Below are positions 50,948 to 59,869 of a DNA stretch of 64,000 nt, in pieces (the stretch's first letter is position 1; each line of letters starts with the position of its first letter). The position numbers and the translations under genes were made by a program. Below the pieces are notes generated by a model. That model had not been told where the DNA came from and did no database searches. It was given only the letters and a program-made list of their open reading frames with translations. Origin of the DNA: an uncultured archaeon (GTDB taxonomy: Archaea; CAYFZR01); assembly GCA_964347835.1 (NCBI GenBank), contig CAYFZR010000032.1:17814-81813 (forward strand), in the 5' to 3' direction.

Positions 50948-51729
50948 AACATTTTCTTTAAGAAAGACAAAAGAAATCTAAGGCTACCTTTTACATGGAC
51001 CTTATCTTTCTCTTTTTTTATCTCAAATAACTCCTTTCTGTACTTACTCATAAGATTATTATCGCGACGTTCCTCTATCAAATCGTATGCGTGGATGTAA
51101 TGTGGTCCCATAGGTATTCCTTCTGTTCCATACTGGTCGAAATCTAAGGTTATTCTTTCTGATGTCTCTTCAACAAATCCTGTCTTCGTGAGCATTCCAA
51201 ATATATCCTCCTCTCCAAATACCCTATGATCCGGATGCCTTATTTTGAAAGCCTCTTCTAAGACCTTTCTTAACTCTGGATCCTTCGGACCCAAAGGCTC
51301 ATACAAAACCAACATTCCATCTCTTTTTAAAACCCTACAGATTTCTTTTAGGGCTAACATAGGATCTCTGAAGTGATGGAGACTTATAACTAAAAAGGCG
51401 ATTTCAAATAGAGAGTCTCTGAATATAATATCTTCAGCATATGATTTTAAAACATAATAATTTGAGAGGTCTTTTTTTACGATGTTTTCTCTGGCAACTT
51501 TTAACATGGCCTGAGATTGGTCAATACCGATTATATATCCATTTGGAAGTCTTTGACTTAGAATTTCAGCAAGATGTCCGGTCCCGGTTCCTACATCCAA
51601 AACAACCTCGTCTCCCCTAAGAATTAACATATTCACCATCTTTGAAAACAATTCTTCACGTGATTTTGATTTTCTCAACTCTTTATCCATTTCTAAGGCT
51701 CTTTTGTAATTTTTGTTCATTAAAACCAC
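50944..51729 (-). CDS. Class I SAM-dependent methyltransferase
   Basis: VLDVGTGTGHLAE motif I. Confidence 0.7.
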   Translation of the reverse strand: MVLMNKNYKRALEMDKELRKSKSREELFSKMVNMLILRGDEVVLDVGTGTGHLAEILSQRLPNGYIIGIDQSQAMLKVARENIVKKDLSNYYVLKSYAEDIIFRDSLFEIAFLVISLHHFRDPMLALKEICRVLKRDGMLVLYEPLGPKDPELRKVLEEAFKIRHPDHRVFGEEDIFGMLTKTGFVEETSERITLDFDQYGTEGIPMGPHYIHAYDLIEERRDNNLMSKYRKELFEIKKEKDKVHVKGSLRFLLSFLKKMF

Positions 51730-51827
51730 CCAGTAATAATGTAAGGTCTTTTCGATTTGAATCTTTTTAGGCTCTTTATGTTTTTAGTGCTAAAAAATTC
51801 ACTATCTACATTATCCAACTTTTCAGA

Positions 51828-52565
51828 TCATTTTGAATAATAATACCCATGTATTTCCTCAAGGTTACCACCCAAAGCATACCATAAACGACACTTCAAG
51901 ATGCGTAAAGTGTTTCGCAACAATCCGCGGCTTGTAAAAGTAGTAGCACTTGTTGTAACTTTTTCTTTGAGCATTATAACATCACCCTTTTTTTTCATAC
52001 AATGCGATAATCGCACATCTTCCATAATGGGCACATTCATAATTGTTAGACAATCCTTCAAATATTCAGAACGTACAAAAATAGCACGGTCGCCCCATAA
52101 TTCCCCTGTCAGTCGAAATAATAAATTTGAAAGAAAGATAAGTAATTTTAGATATCTACGCTGATCATCAAAAGTCAGTGAAAAAGCACCACCAATTACA
52201 TGCTTTTGAAGCAAAGCGTTACTGATAGCGATATCCCAGCCTTTTGGTAAAATAGTATCGGCATGTAAAAAAACGACAATTTCGCCCTCTGCTTCACTAA
52301 CTCCTTGAACACACGAAAATCCCCGACCTCGTCTTTTTGCAATAACAACTTTTTCATAGGGCTTTTCTTGATCTACAATTCCTTTTAGGTCTTTGTTAAT
52401 AACAAAAATTACCTCAATTGGTGTATTGACTAAAGTAAATTGTTCCCGTATTATATCTAGGTAAGGAGTTAATTTATCGATAGGTACGACGACAGATATC
52501 ATATTCTCTTTTTTTCCAACACTGAATGGCCGATTTGAAGAGAACAAATTCGACAACACCACCAA
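51828..52565 (-). CDS. Glycosyltransferase family 2 (TIGR04283-like partner of DUF2064)
   Basis: ISVVVPI N-terminal GT-A start, DxD-like HAD. Confidence 0.55.
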   Translation of the reverse strand: MVVLSNLFSSNRPFSVGKKENMISVVVPIDKLTPYLDIIREQFTLVNTPIEVIFVINKDLKGIVDQEKPYEKVVIAKRRGRGFSCVQGVSEAEGEIVVFLHADTILPKGWDIAISNALLQKHVIGGAFSLTFDDQRRYLKLLIFLSNLLFRLTGELWGDRAIFVRSEYLKDCLTIMNVPIMEDVRLSHCMKKKGDVIMLKEKVTTSATTFTSRGLLRNTLRILKCRLWYALGGNLEEIHGYYYSK

Positions 52566-52591
52566 TAATCAAACATCTTGGTCAAAAGTTT

Positions 52592-53296
52592 TTATTTGAA
52601 CATCTTCTCATATTTTAACGAATAAGAAATCGTTCTTGAAGATTTAAACTCTGTATCTCGATTTCTCTGAAAAAGATCTTTCAAATCGGCAAGTGTATCT
52701 ATATCACGCCATTCCGGTAAGACATGAATTTTGCATCCGGCTTTTTTTAAAATTTTCATGGTTTCCTGAAATACCGTATCAGTGCTCCAGTTAATCCCTT
52801 CAAACACTCTCGGTGAAAAATTATTGTATCTAAAGCCGATTAAATAATATCCTCCATCAAAAGAAGGGCCTACTACGGCATCGTGCGTTTCAAGAAACAA
52901 AAATGCCTCGTTAATAATGGTTCCCGGTAAATCCGGGATGTCACTACCGATAATAATAACCCTCTGAAAGCCCTCGGCGAAAGCTTGAATAAAACTGTTT
53001 TTCATCCTTTGCCCCAAATCCTCTCCTTTCTGGGGCATATAACAATATTGCATCCCCAACCATCTTTTAAATTTTTCCTGCAAGTTATCCGGATAAAAAC
53101 ATATCCAGAATCGAGATCCGAGTTTCTCCAACGTGGATAACAAATCCAAGACAAAATTCCTGTACAACTCGACTGTCATAGTCTCACCAAGAGCAGCAGA
53201 AAGGCGTTCTTTTACCTCTCCCTCTTTCGGATACTTAACGAAAAAAAGCACACATCTATCATCTGATTTATTTGCTATACCAATATCTCCGTACAA
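52592..53296 (-). CDS. DUF2064/TIGR04282-like nucleotidyltransferase-fold protein
   Basis: CVLFFVKYPKEGEVKERLSAALG N-terminus typical of DUF2064 (MobA-like fold). Confidence 0.55.
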   Translation of the reverse strand: MYGDIGIANKSDDRCVLFFVKYPKEGEVKERLSAALGETMTVELYRNFVLDLLSTLEKLGSRFWICFYPDNLQEKFKRWLGMQYCYMPQKGEDLGQRMKNSFIQAFAEGFQRVIIIGSDIPDLPGTIINEAFLFLETHDAVVGPSFDGGYYLIGFRYNNFSPRVFEGINWSTDTVFQETMKILKKAGCKIHVLPEWRDIDTLADLKDLFQRNRDTEFKSSRTISYSLKYEKMFK

Positions 53297-53322
53297 CTTA
53301 GCATCTCCAACTGGAGAAAATA

Positions 53323-53413
53323 TGCCGGGGGCGGGTTTCGAACCCGCGACCTCCAGGTTTCCCAGGAGACTCTCCCTATGAGCCTGGCGCTCCGCCCCCT
53401 GAGCTACCCCGGC
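53323..53413 (-). tRNA. tRNA-Met or Ile2 (anticodon CAT) with an about 18-nt canonical intron at position 37/38; 91 nt
   Basis: Hand fold of reverse complement: GCCGGGG-TA-GCTC-AGGGGGCG-GAGC-G-CCAGG-CTCATA[GGGAGAGTCTCCTGGGAA]A-CCTGG-AGGTC-GCGGG-TTCGAAA-CCCGC-CCCCGGC-A. Confidence 0.75.
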
Positions 53414-53523
53414 TACCTCAATTTACGTTTACGAGACCGAAACATACCCATATATTTTGTGGTTATATATAAAATTAAAATATAAGGAAAGGAGATATTT
53501 TAGACCTTGGGAGAGGGTGAATT

Positions 53524-54006
53524 TTGAGGTACAAATTGATCTTTCTAATTTTAATAATCTTGGTCGGTAGCTCATTATGCCTTGGTCAAAAGAAAGAGTT
53601 TAAAATAGGAGATATTGTTGAGTTTGGCGATTATAAAATCGTTGTTCATTCTTTAAAAAAGGTTGACACCGTTTATGTTAAGGCAATGGGAGATGAACGA
53701 ATACAGGAAAACGCCAGCAAAGGCACTAAATACATTCTTGTCAACGTAACTCTTAAGAAATATACCTATGAAAACCCTGATAAATCCTTGCGCTTCGAAC
53801 TAAAGGATGCAAACGGAAAAATTTTAATGGAAAAAGGATCGTTCAAAAAACGTTATGTGGGACACTTAGATTTTCAAAATATGGACCCTTACAGCGAGAA
53901 ATCGGGATTTCTGATTTTTCTCGCTGAAGAAGATATAATAGTTAAAGAGTTAGAATGCTGGAAAAAAGGAACCGAGAATCCTGATGTTGTAATAAGTTTA
54001 AGATGA
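53524..54006 (+). CDS. secreted hypothetical protein (signal peptide; DUF4352-like beta-rich)
   Basis: MRYKLIFLILIILVGSSLCLG signal; host-like AT-rich codon usage. Confidence 0.4.
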   Translation: MRYKLIFLILIILVGSSLCLGQKKEFKIGDIVEFGDYKIVVHSLKKVDTVYVKAMGDERIQENASKGTKYILVNVTLKKYTYENPDKSLRFELKDANGKILMEKGSFKKRYVGHLDFQNMDPYSEKSGFLIFLAEEDIIVKELECWKKGTENPDVVISLR

Positions 54007-54126
54007 AAAAATTGAGTCAGGAAAATTAAGTGCAATTGCAATTTGTTTACAAGCATAATTAAAAAAAGATAAGGGAGATTTCTCTCCCCACTTTCAAGAG
54101 ACCCCTATTTCGAAGAATGCCTCGCT

Positions 54127-56436
54127 TCACTGAATGATAAAGGTGGTCGTCACTATACTGGCACTTACATTGAAATTGTAGCCGTCTTTGATGACGTCTA
54201 TCACATTGGCTTTGTATGTTCCCGCTGCTTGAGTTCTCGAGGTCTTCCACTGCATTACCGCATCGCCGTTGGTATCACTGAACCCCTGAAGAGATTTCAC
54301 CACTAAACCGTTGGGATCGGAGATATCTAGGAACACCTGTGCACCGGAGATGGGCACTCGAACTGTATCTACTTCTTCTACGGTGTGGGCCACGATTCCT
54401 ACTGTATCACGCGCCCTGAATGTATCTGTCTGGGTCACCAGATTTCCTCTCTTATCGACTGACCAGGTGGTCAGACTGTCTACGAAGAGATCTGGCATCG
54501 GTGGTGTAACCTTCTTTCCCCATTCTGTGGATGTCATCACGTATGGTTCTGCCATGCCTGTATTCATCCACGCATCCAGCAGGTTTATACCTTCCTCAGC
54601 TAGGAATGGATTCTGACCGTTGTTGCCTAGATAGAGGAACTGTATGTACTCCCAGCTCGTTGGCTGGTAGAGAAGGTCAATAGTCGCGTACACGGCGTGA
54701 GTTGGTGGATTCAGCGTGAACTCGTCCCAGTAGTTATATTTACCGCCTGCTACAGGGTTTCCGTATTGATCCGCTGGCACAGGGAGTGCGTTTCGAATCT
54801 TTGCTTCGTCGAAGCTCATCTCGTAGGGCGGAATGCGGTTGTCCTTGGCAACTTTGTTGTTCAGGACGAAATGGAAGGACTCGTGGTAGGTTCCGGGTGC
54901 CTGAGCCGATAGATTTCCAAGCGTATAGTCCACCGCACCAGTAATGCGGTCGTAGCTCAACGGAAGGTCTGAGCTATATCCAAATCCTATGAGCTGGTTA
55001 GCCCATTCTTGCGTCATGGCATAGTGGGCCTCATATATCTTGGTGTTTGGGTCATTAAGGTCCAAAATGGTTTTTACTTGTGTCGGCGTGCCGCCGATGT
55101 TTACTGTTATATTGCCGTATTTTCCGTCTTCACGCAGGAGTTCTCCGTCACTATCATACCACTTGATACTAAGCCACATCCTGCGTCCTTCTGGATAGCC
55201 AGAGATAAGCTTGTGCCCGGCATGATTGACAACTTTTAGAATGTTACCGCTTAACGAGAGCGTGGCTGCCTCACTTAGCTGCTTCATGGCCCTAGTCTTG
55301 CCGTCATTTAGCGCTGCAATCTGGGTCGAACTGAGATCGCCGCCGATTCTTAGCTTGCCTTGGGCATCTAGATACTGTATTGCGTCTGGCATCCAGTAGT
55401 TGCCACCAGTCATGTCGTGTAGCGGCAAGTCCTTTCTGATCTTCGGGTTCTTGTTGCAGCCCTGGCCGTTCACGGGGCGAAGGTGGCAGGTCTGGCATGT
55501 GTAGTACCTTGGTGTATTGTCCTCGTAATTTCCGCCTGTTCCGGCTAAGATGGCGCTCTCATAACCGGCCTTGAGAGCCCCGTCCTGGAGGTCAACGGGA
55601 AGATTCATGTAATCAGAGACCAGCACAGTGTCCAACATGCTTGCCTTCCACTCACTGTATGTTCTCTCCACAATCCCATACTGATAGGGGAAGTTGTTAA
55701 AGGCCGCCTTTCCTTCTACTGGCGAACCGAGCGTCCCGTTGTATGTTCCAGGCTCAAGCGGTACCTGGGCTCCGTTGTTATGTGCTAAATCACCTACTGC
55801 TGGGTTTGAGACGTCATGGCAAGTTCCGCAGAGATCACCTGAGCGGTAGAACTTGGACTGCAAGAACTGATGCCTGGCTTCTGCGTCGATATATGGTCCC
55901 AGCTTATCAGAGCCATCCCAGAGAACGTACATTCCGCTTCCATAGTATCCGACTAAGTTACCGTCGCTTATATTGTAGGCTATAAACGGTGGATTCTGAA
56001 CACCAATGTGTTCTGATTGGTCAGGATTGGTCAACTTATGGCATAAGTCGCATTCGACGCCGTCTCCATCACTTGGTCTCAATGCTGATCCATCAGTCGG
56101 TGTAGAACGTCCTTCCACCCATCCGGTCACGCTGTGGCAGCGGATGCAAAGATCTCCAGCTCCATCAAAGTCCTGTTCGGCTATAGCCAAAGTCGCCCAG
56201 AATATCGGATCGCGTCCGGCGTTTGCCATCATGCTTCCCCGCCAGTTGTGAGCAGGTTCCACTGTAATGTCATATCCACCGTGGCAGTTGTCGCATTTGT
56301 CGACTGACTCTATATTCCCTACTTCTCCTGGCTGTGTGCCTGGCATCTTGATTTCGTTGGGCACAATATCAGCTGCAAATGCAACAAAACCAACCAAAAG
56401 CATTAAAATCGTTGCTAAAAAAATCCTCTTTTTCAT
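54127..56436 (-). CDS. Multiheme c-type cytochrome (5 CxxCH) with N-terminal signal/TM and about 450-aa heme-free beta-rich C-terminal domain; atypically GC-rich gene
   Basis: CDNCH, CIRCH, CDLCH, CGTCH, CQTCH; N-terminus MKKRIFLATILMLLVGFVAFA; local GC about 50-55% versus about 35% flanks. Confidence 0.8.
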   Translation of the reverse strand: MKKRIFLATILMLLVGFVAFAADIVPNEIKMPGTQPGEVGNIESVDKCDNCHGGYDITVEPAHNWRGSMMANAGRDPIFWATLAIAEQDFDGAGDLCIRCHSVTGWVEGRSTPTDGSALRPSDGDGVECDLCHKLTNPDQSEHIGVQNPPFIAYNISDGNLVGYYGSGMYVLWDGSDKLGPYIDAEARHQFLQSKFYRSGDLCGTCHDVSNPAVGDLAHNNGAQVPLEPGTYNGTLGSPVEGKAAFNNFPYQYGIVERTYSEWKASMLDTVLVSDYMNLPVDLQDGALKAGYESAILAGTGGNYEDNTPRYYTCQTCHLRPVNGQGCNKNPKIRKDLPLHDMTGGNYWMPDAIQYLDAQGKLRIGGDLSSTQIAALNDGKTRAMKQLSEAATLSLSGNILKVVNHAGHKLISGYPEGRRMWLSIKWYDSDGELLREDGKYGNITVNIGGTPTQVKTILDLNDPNTKIYEAHYAMTQEWANQLIGFGYSSDLPLSYDRITGAVDYTLGNLSAQAPGTYHESFHFVLNNKVAKDNRIPPYEMSFDEAKIRNALPVPADQYGNPVAGGKYNYWDEFTLNPPTHAVYATIDLLYQPTSWEYIQFLYLGNNGQNPFLAEEGINLLDAWMNTGMAEPYVMTSTEWGKKVTPPMPDLFVDSLTTWSVDKRGNLVTQTDTFRARDTVGIVAHTVEEVDTVRVPISGAQVFLDISDPNGLVVKSLQGFSDTNGDAVMQWKTSRTQAAGTYKANVIDVIKDGYNFNVSASIVTTTFIIQ

Positions 56437-56490
56437 TCTTTCACCTCCCCAATTTTTTTCTGTCCCCCCCTCTCCTGAGGACGATTCAAT

Positions 56491-56820
56491 CTACTTGAGT
56501 AAATCATAAAGGCTTTTGTAGCCTTTCAAACCGAGTTGGATCATTCCTTTCTTCGGCTCGATGGTGACGTTACCTTCATCATATTCCATCTTGATCGATT
56601 CGATTGGATTATCAGAATTTTTAATATTCGAAAAGGCTGACTCTGTCATGGAAATATTGATGTCTGGATCGCTCGCTTCTCCTTTATGCGTTGCGATTTC
56701 ACCTTTCGTTTTTCTTATTTCTAAAGGCTCACCGTCAACGATCACTTGAACTACGGCGCCGTCTTTGAGCCTATGAAAGCCCAAACTATTTGCCAGATTA
56801 TTTACCTCTTGTTCTATCAT
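56491..56820 (-). CDS. small protein with SCP2-like sterol-carrier fold (hypothetical)
   Basis: Pattern ...VIVDGEPLEIRKTKGE...DPDINISMTESAFSNI...IEPKKGMIQLGLKGY resembles SCP2; co-oriented upstream of the cytochrome. Confidence 0.35.
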   Translation of the reverse strand: MIEQEVNNLANSLGFHRLKDGAVVQVIVDGEPLEIRKTKGEIATHKGEASDPDINISMTESAFSNIKNSDNPIESIKMEYDEGNVTIEPKKGMIQLGLKGYKSLYDLLK

Positions 56821-56913
56821 CTATTTCAATGGGAAATATAATGTAATATATAAATTTAACCTATTTTCTCCCGATAAGTGAGTAATATGTAGAAGAAGGT
56901 TTTAATACATTTT

Positions 56914-56959
56914 ATATCTTAATTATATTATTCTACATATCTTAATTATATTATTCTAC
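56914..56959 (+). repeat. Perfect tandem duplication of a 23-bp AT-rich unit atatcttaattatattattctac
   Basis: Two exact, adjacent copies; about 95-140 bp upstream of the minus-strand SCP2-like gene. Confidence 0.8.
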
Positions 56960-57025
56960 CTTACGCACCAAAATCATAGATTTTTGACGCGCTAATAATC
57001 GAAGATTATTGTGCATCGTCCAGAA

Positions 57026-57097
57026 GGGGGTTTTACTTAATCTTATACTGAAATTATCCTATCTTACCTTATCACCCCCTCTCTACACCCCCATATA
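57026..57097 (+). repeat. Copy B of the 72-nt G5/C5-bounded intergenic element (copy A at 14372..14444)
   Basis: gggggttttacttaatcttatactgaaattatcctatcttaccttatcaccccctctctacacccccatata; followed by perfect palindrome gggggtaattaccccc at 57101..57116. Confidence 0.7.
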
Positions 57098-57320
57098 AAG
57101 AAGGGGGTAATTACCCCCTTTCTAATCCCCCACATAATATTTAGAGTAGAAAGCAAATTTAGAGTAGATAACGACTTATTCGGTACCGTTAATAAAATAA
57201 TTTTCTTTTGATCGAACTTTTCTTAAAAGTTCGTTGCGGATTGCCGTTTTTTTGATAAAACTTTTTTCTAAAAAGTTTTGATGGAACGAGCCACGTTCCA
57301 AAGCGAGCCACGCTGCATTT

Positions 57321-57650
57321 TTATTTCTTCTTTTTCTTGTATTTCTTTTCAAGATTGCTGATCTGTCTTTCTAGCCTTCTCAACTCTTCCATGATCTCCT
57401 CAGTTGTGTGTTCCACTAACTGTTCTTCTACTTTTGAAACCCTTTTTTCTAACTCTTCTTCCACTCTTTTCAATTCATATAAATCAAAAACAATTTTTTC
57501 AATTTTCTTCTGCCTGGGCACTATCTCTTCGTCAAAAAACGTTACCTGCTCTTTCAACGTAGAAATTTCTTTTTCCAATATATGTATAATTTCTATTACA
57601 TGTTTGAGATTGGTTTGTAACTTTTCGACGTTTATCTCGTTGACCTTCAT
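57321..57650 (-). CDS. coiled-coil protein, hypothetical (K-rich C-terminus)
   Basis: Heptad-rich, 109 aa. Confidence 0.4.
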   Translation of the reverse strand: MKVNEINVEKLQTNLKHVIEIIHILEKEISTLKEQVTFFDEEIVPRQKKIEKIVFDLYELKRVEEELEKRVSKVEEQLVEHTTEEIMEELRRLERQISNLEKKYKKKKK

Positions 57651-57713
57651 TCAACTACTCTCCGTCAAAGAAACATGTAAGACTTTTATTACATTCCTCA
57701 AATTTATAGTTTC

Positions 57714-59663
57714 ATGTTATACGATATACCGGGAATTGGCGAAAAGACTTATAATCGTCTTTTGTATTTTTTTGGAGACGAAGCATCGATATTAGAATGC
57801 TTAGAGTCTAAGGATCTATTTGAACTATCGAAAGTACCAGGAATCAGTCCTAAAAAGGCGTTGGATATAATAAGATTCTACAACTTGAAAAAACAAGGAA
57901 AATCATTTCAACCAATACTGAGGACATTTTTTTCTGAAGCAATGCATGAGAAGATAATAAGTACCATCGTATCATATGCAACCTCTTATTTAGTGAAAAA
58001 CCAGTTAAGGTTACTCTATCCAACTACAGATATAAAAGAGATTGAAACAAGAAAAAAAGACATCTTAGAAGCAAAAGAATGGGCAAAGAATATAAATATA
58101 GAAAGAGAAGCCTTTAAAAGGCTTTTAGAGTGTGATCCAAGCAATTTTGTTCTTAAAGACGATGCTAAGGTCTTAGTAACAGATGATCAAGATGTTTACG
58201 AGTCTCTGCTTGAGTATCAGAAATACTGCGATGTGAGATTGATTGAGGATTCATCCCAATTAAATGAATTCATTAAGAATTATTTCGCTGTTATTTACGT
58301 ATACAAGACGCCTACATATGATTTCATTGAGTCTGTGGAACCTTCCACCCTGGATGATTTTTATCTTCCTGAAAAAATATTGAGCGTGTTAATAAGGCAT
58401 CTTACCCTATTTTTAAATTCCATTAGATTGAATGAAACATGCGATACAGATTTTTCAAATTACGTGGATATGGTTCAGGAACTGGATCAACTTGGTCAAG
58501 ATACAAAGGATCTCAAAGAGAAGTTGAATAATATTTGGGAATACGCAAACGAATTAGAAAGTCACTATAATGAGATTTTGAAGGGTAAAATAGACAAAAT
58601 TGAGTTAGAAAAAGAAATTTTTCTCGACATGGTTAAGAGAAGTTACGAAGGTTCTTTAGAATGGGACTCTCTGCTTCCAGATTTCTTCGAAAAACTCAAT
58701 AAAGTATGTTCTGAGATGGAAGAAGAATTGGTTAATTATTATAACGTAATGAATGATTTTGAGTTAGTAGAGCGAAGATACCCCATTAGATTTAATCGAG
58801 ATGCCCTTAGAGAATATGGAAATTTAGTTAGAAAAGAGATATACCGCCAAGAATTCGATGAAAAAAAGAGAGTCGCAATGAAATACAAATCAGTATTAGA
58901 AGAGATCCCAGAAATGTTAAAAAAGATCCATGAATTGGATTTAAAATTTGCGCTAGGAAGTTTTGCCCTAGATTATGATTTAAGAGACTTTGAAATAAGT
59001 AATACCTCTTTAGGATTTAAAAAAGCGAGAAATTTATATATTGAAGATCCTCAGCCCATAAACTATGGAATAGGTGATTATGCAGAGCCAAATTCTCGAA
59101 TAACAATATTAACAGGTGCAAACAGCGGAGGAAAGACTTCTCTCCTTGAAACAGTATTGCAATTACAAATACTCGCACAAATGGGTTTCCCTGTGCCTTG
59201 TGAGCACGCATTGATAAAGATATTTGATGAAATTTACTATTTTGCAAGACATAAAGGCTCTACTGATGCTGGCGCATTAGAAAATTTTTTGAACATGTTA
59301 ATGCCTCTATTAAAAACGCAAGGGAGAAAAATAATATTGGCAGATGAGATAGAGGCGGTTACAGAGCCAGGAGCAGCAGCAAAACTTATTTCCGGTCTTA
59401 TAAACTACCTCGTTAGAAGTACTGAGAACTATGGCATAGTTGTTACACATTTAGGAGAAGATATTAGCGATAAAGTAAACGCAAGAATAGATGGTATCGA
59501 AGCCGAGGGACTGAATCCAGATCTAAGTTTAAAGGTAGATCACAATCCTAAATACAACGTGATAGCGAAAAGCACACCAGAGTTGATAGTAAGAAAGATG
59601 CATGGATTATCTGAAGATTTAACTGAAAAAGAATTCTTAGAGAACATCTTAAATTACTTTTGA
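57714..59663 (+). CDS. Archaeal MutS2-like ATPase (MutS domain V) with N-terminal helix-hairpin-helix
   Basis: Walker A GANSGGKTSLLETV, Walker B ILADEIE; N-terminus LYDIPGIGEKTYNRLL HhH. Confidence 0.75.
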   Translation: MLYDIPGIGEKTYNRLLYFFGDEASILECLESKDLFELSKVPGISPKKALDIIRFYNLKKQGKSFQPILRTFFSEAMHEKIISTIVSYATSYLVKNQLRLLYPTTDIKEIETRKKDILEAKEWAKNINIEREAFKRLLECDPSNFVLKDDAKVLVTDDQDVYESLLEYQKYCDVRLIEDSSQLNEFIKNYFAVIYVYKTPTYDFIESVEPSTLDDFYLPEKILSVLIRHLTLFLNSIRLNETCDTDFSNYVDMVQELDQLGQDTKDLKEKLNNIWEYANELESHYNEILKGKIDKIELEKEIFLDMVKRSYEGSLEWDSLLPDFFEKLNKVCSEMEEELVNYYNVMNDFELVERRYPIRFNRDALREYGNLVRKEIYRQEFDEKKRVAMKYKSVLEEIPEMLKKIHELDLKFALGSFALDYDLRDFEISNTSLGFKKARNLYIEDPQPINYGIGDYAEPNSRITILTGANSGGKTSLLETVLQLQILAQMGFPVPCEHALIKIFDEIYYFARHKGSTDAGALENFLNMLMPLLKTQGRKIILADEIEAVTEPGAAAKLISGLINYLVRSTENYGIVVTHLGEDISDKVNARIDGIEAEGLNPDLSLKVDHNPKYNVIAKSTPELIVRKMHGLSEDLTEKEFLENILNYF

Positions 59664-59869
59664 ATCGAAAGTATTTTAAGTCAACCTTCCATAATAATAG
59701 CAGGTAGGGGTATCGGAGCAAAATTATAATCGATAGATTGTCCCTGTAGATTGAGGTAGAGAATTCAGTTGAAGAAAGATACCTGCGATTAAAAGATATG
59801 GAGGGATGGCGGGAAAATATTGTAAATTTTTAGTTCTCAGAGGCAGGTACATCCCAAAAAAATTTTAAG

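Noticed and set aside
53133-53381. 82-aa plus-strand ORF from the track
   Set aside because: Overlaps the minus-strand tRNA-Met gene and the 5' end of the DUF2064 gene. The tRNA cloverleaf fully explains the region.
54311-54616. Multiple plus-strand ORFs inside the cytochrome gene (54311..54616, 54697..54912, 55009..55239, 55743..55985, 56006..56251)
   Set aside because: The high GC of this island suppresses stop codons on the antisense strand. None has motifs, and the sense strand carries five CxxCH sites.
57337-57795. 152-aa plus-strand ORF
   Set aside because: Antisense to the coiled-coil gene and running into the MutS2 start. Ser/Cys-rich low-complexity translation of the complement of K/E codons.
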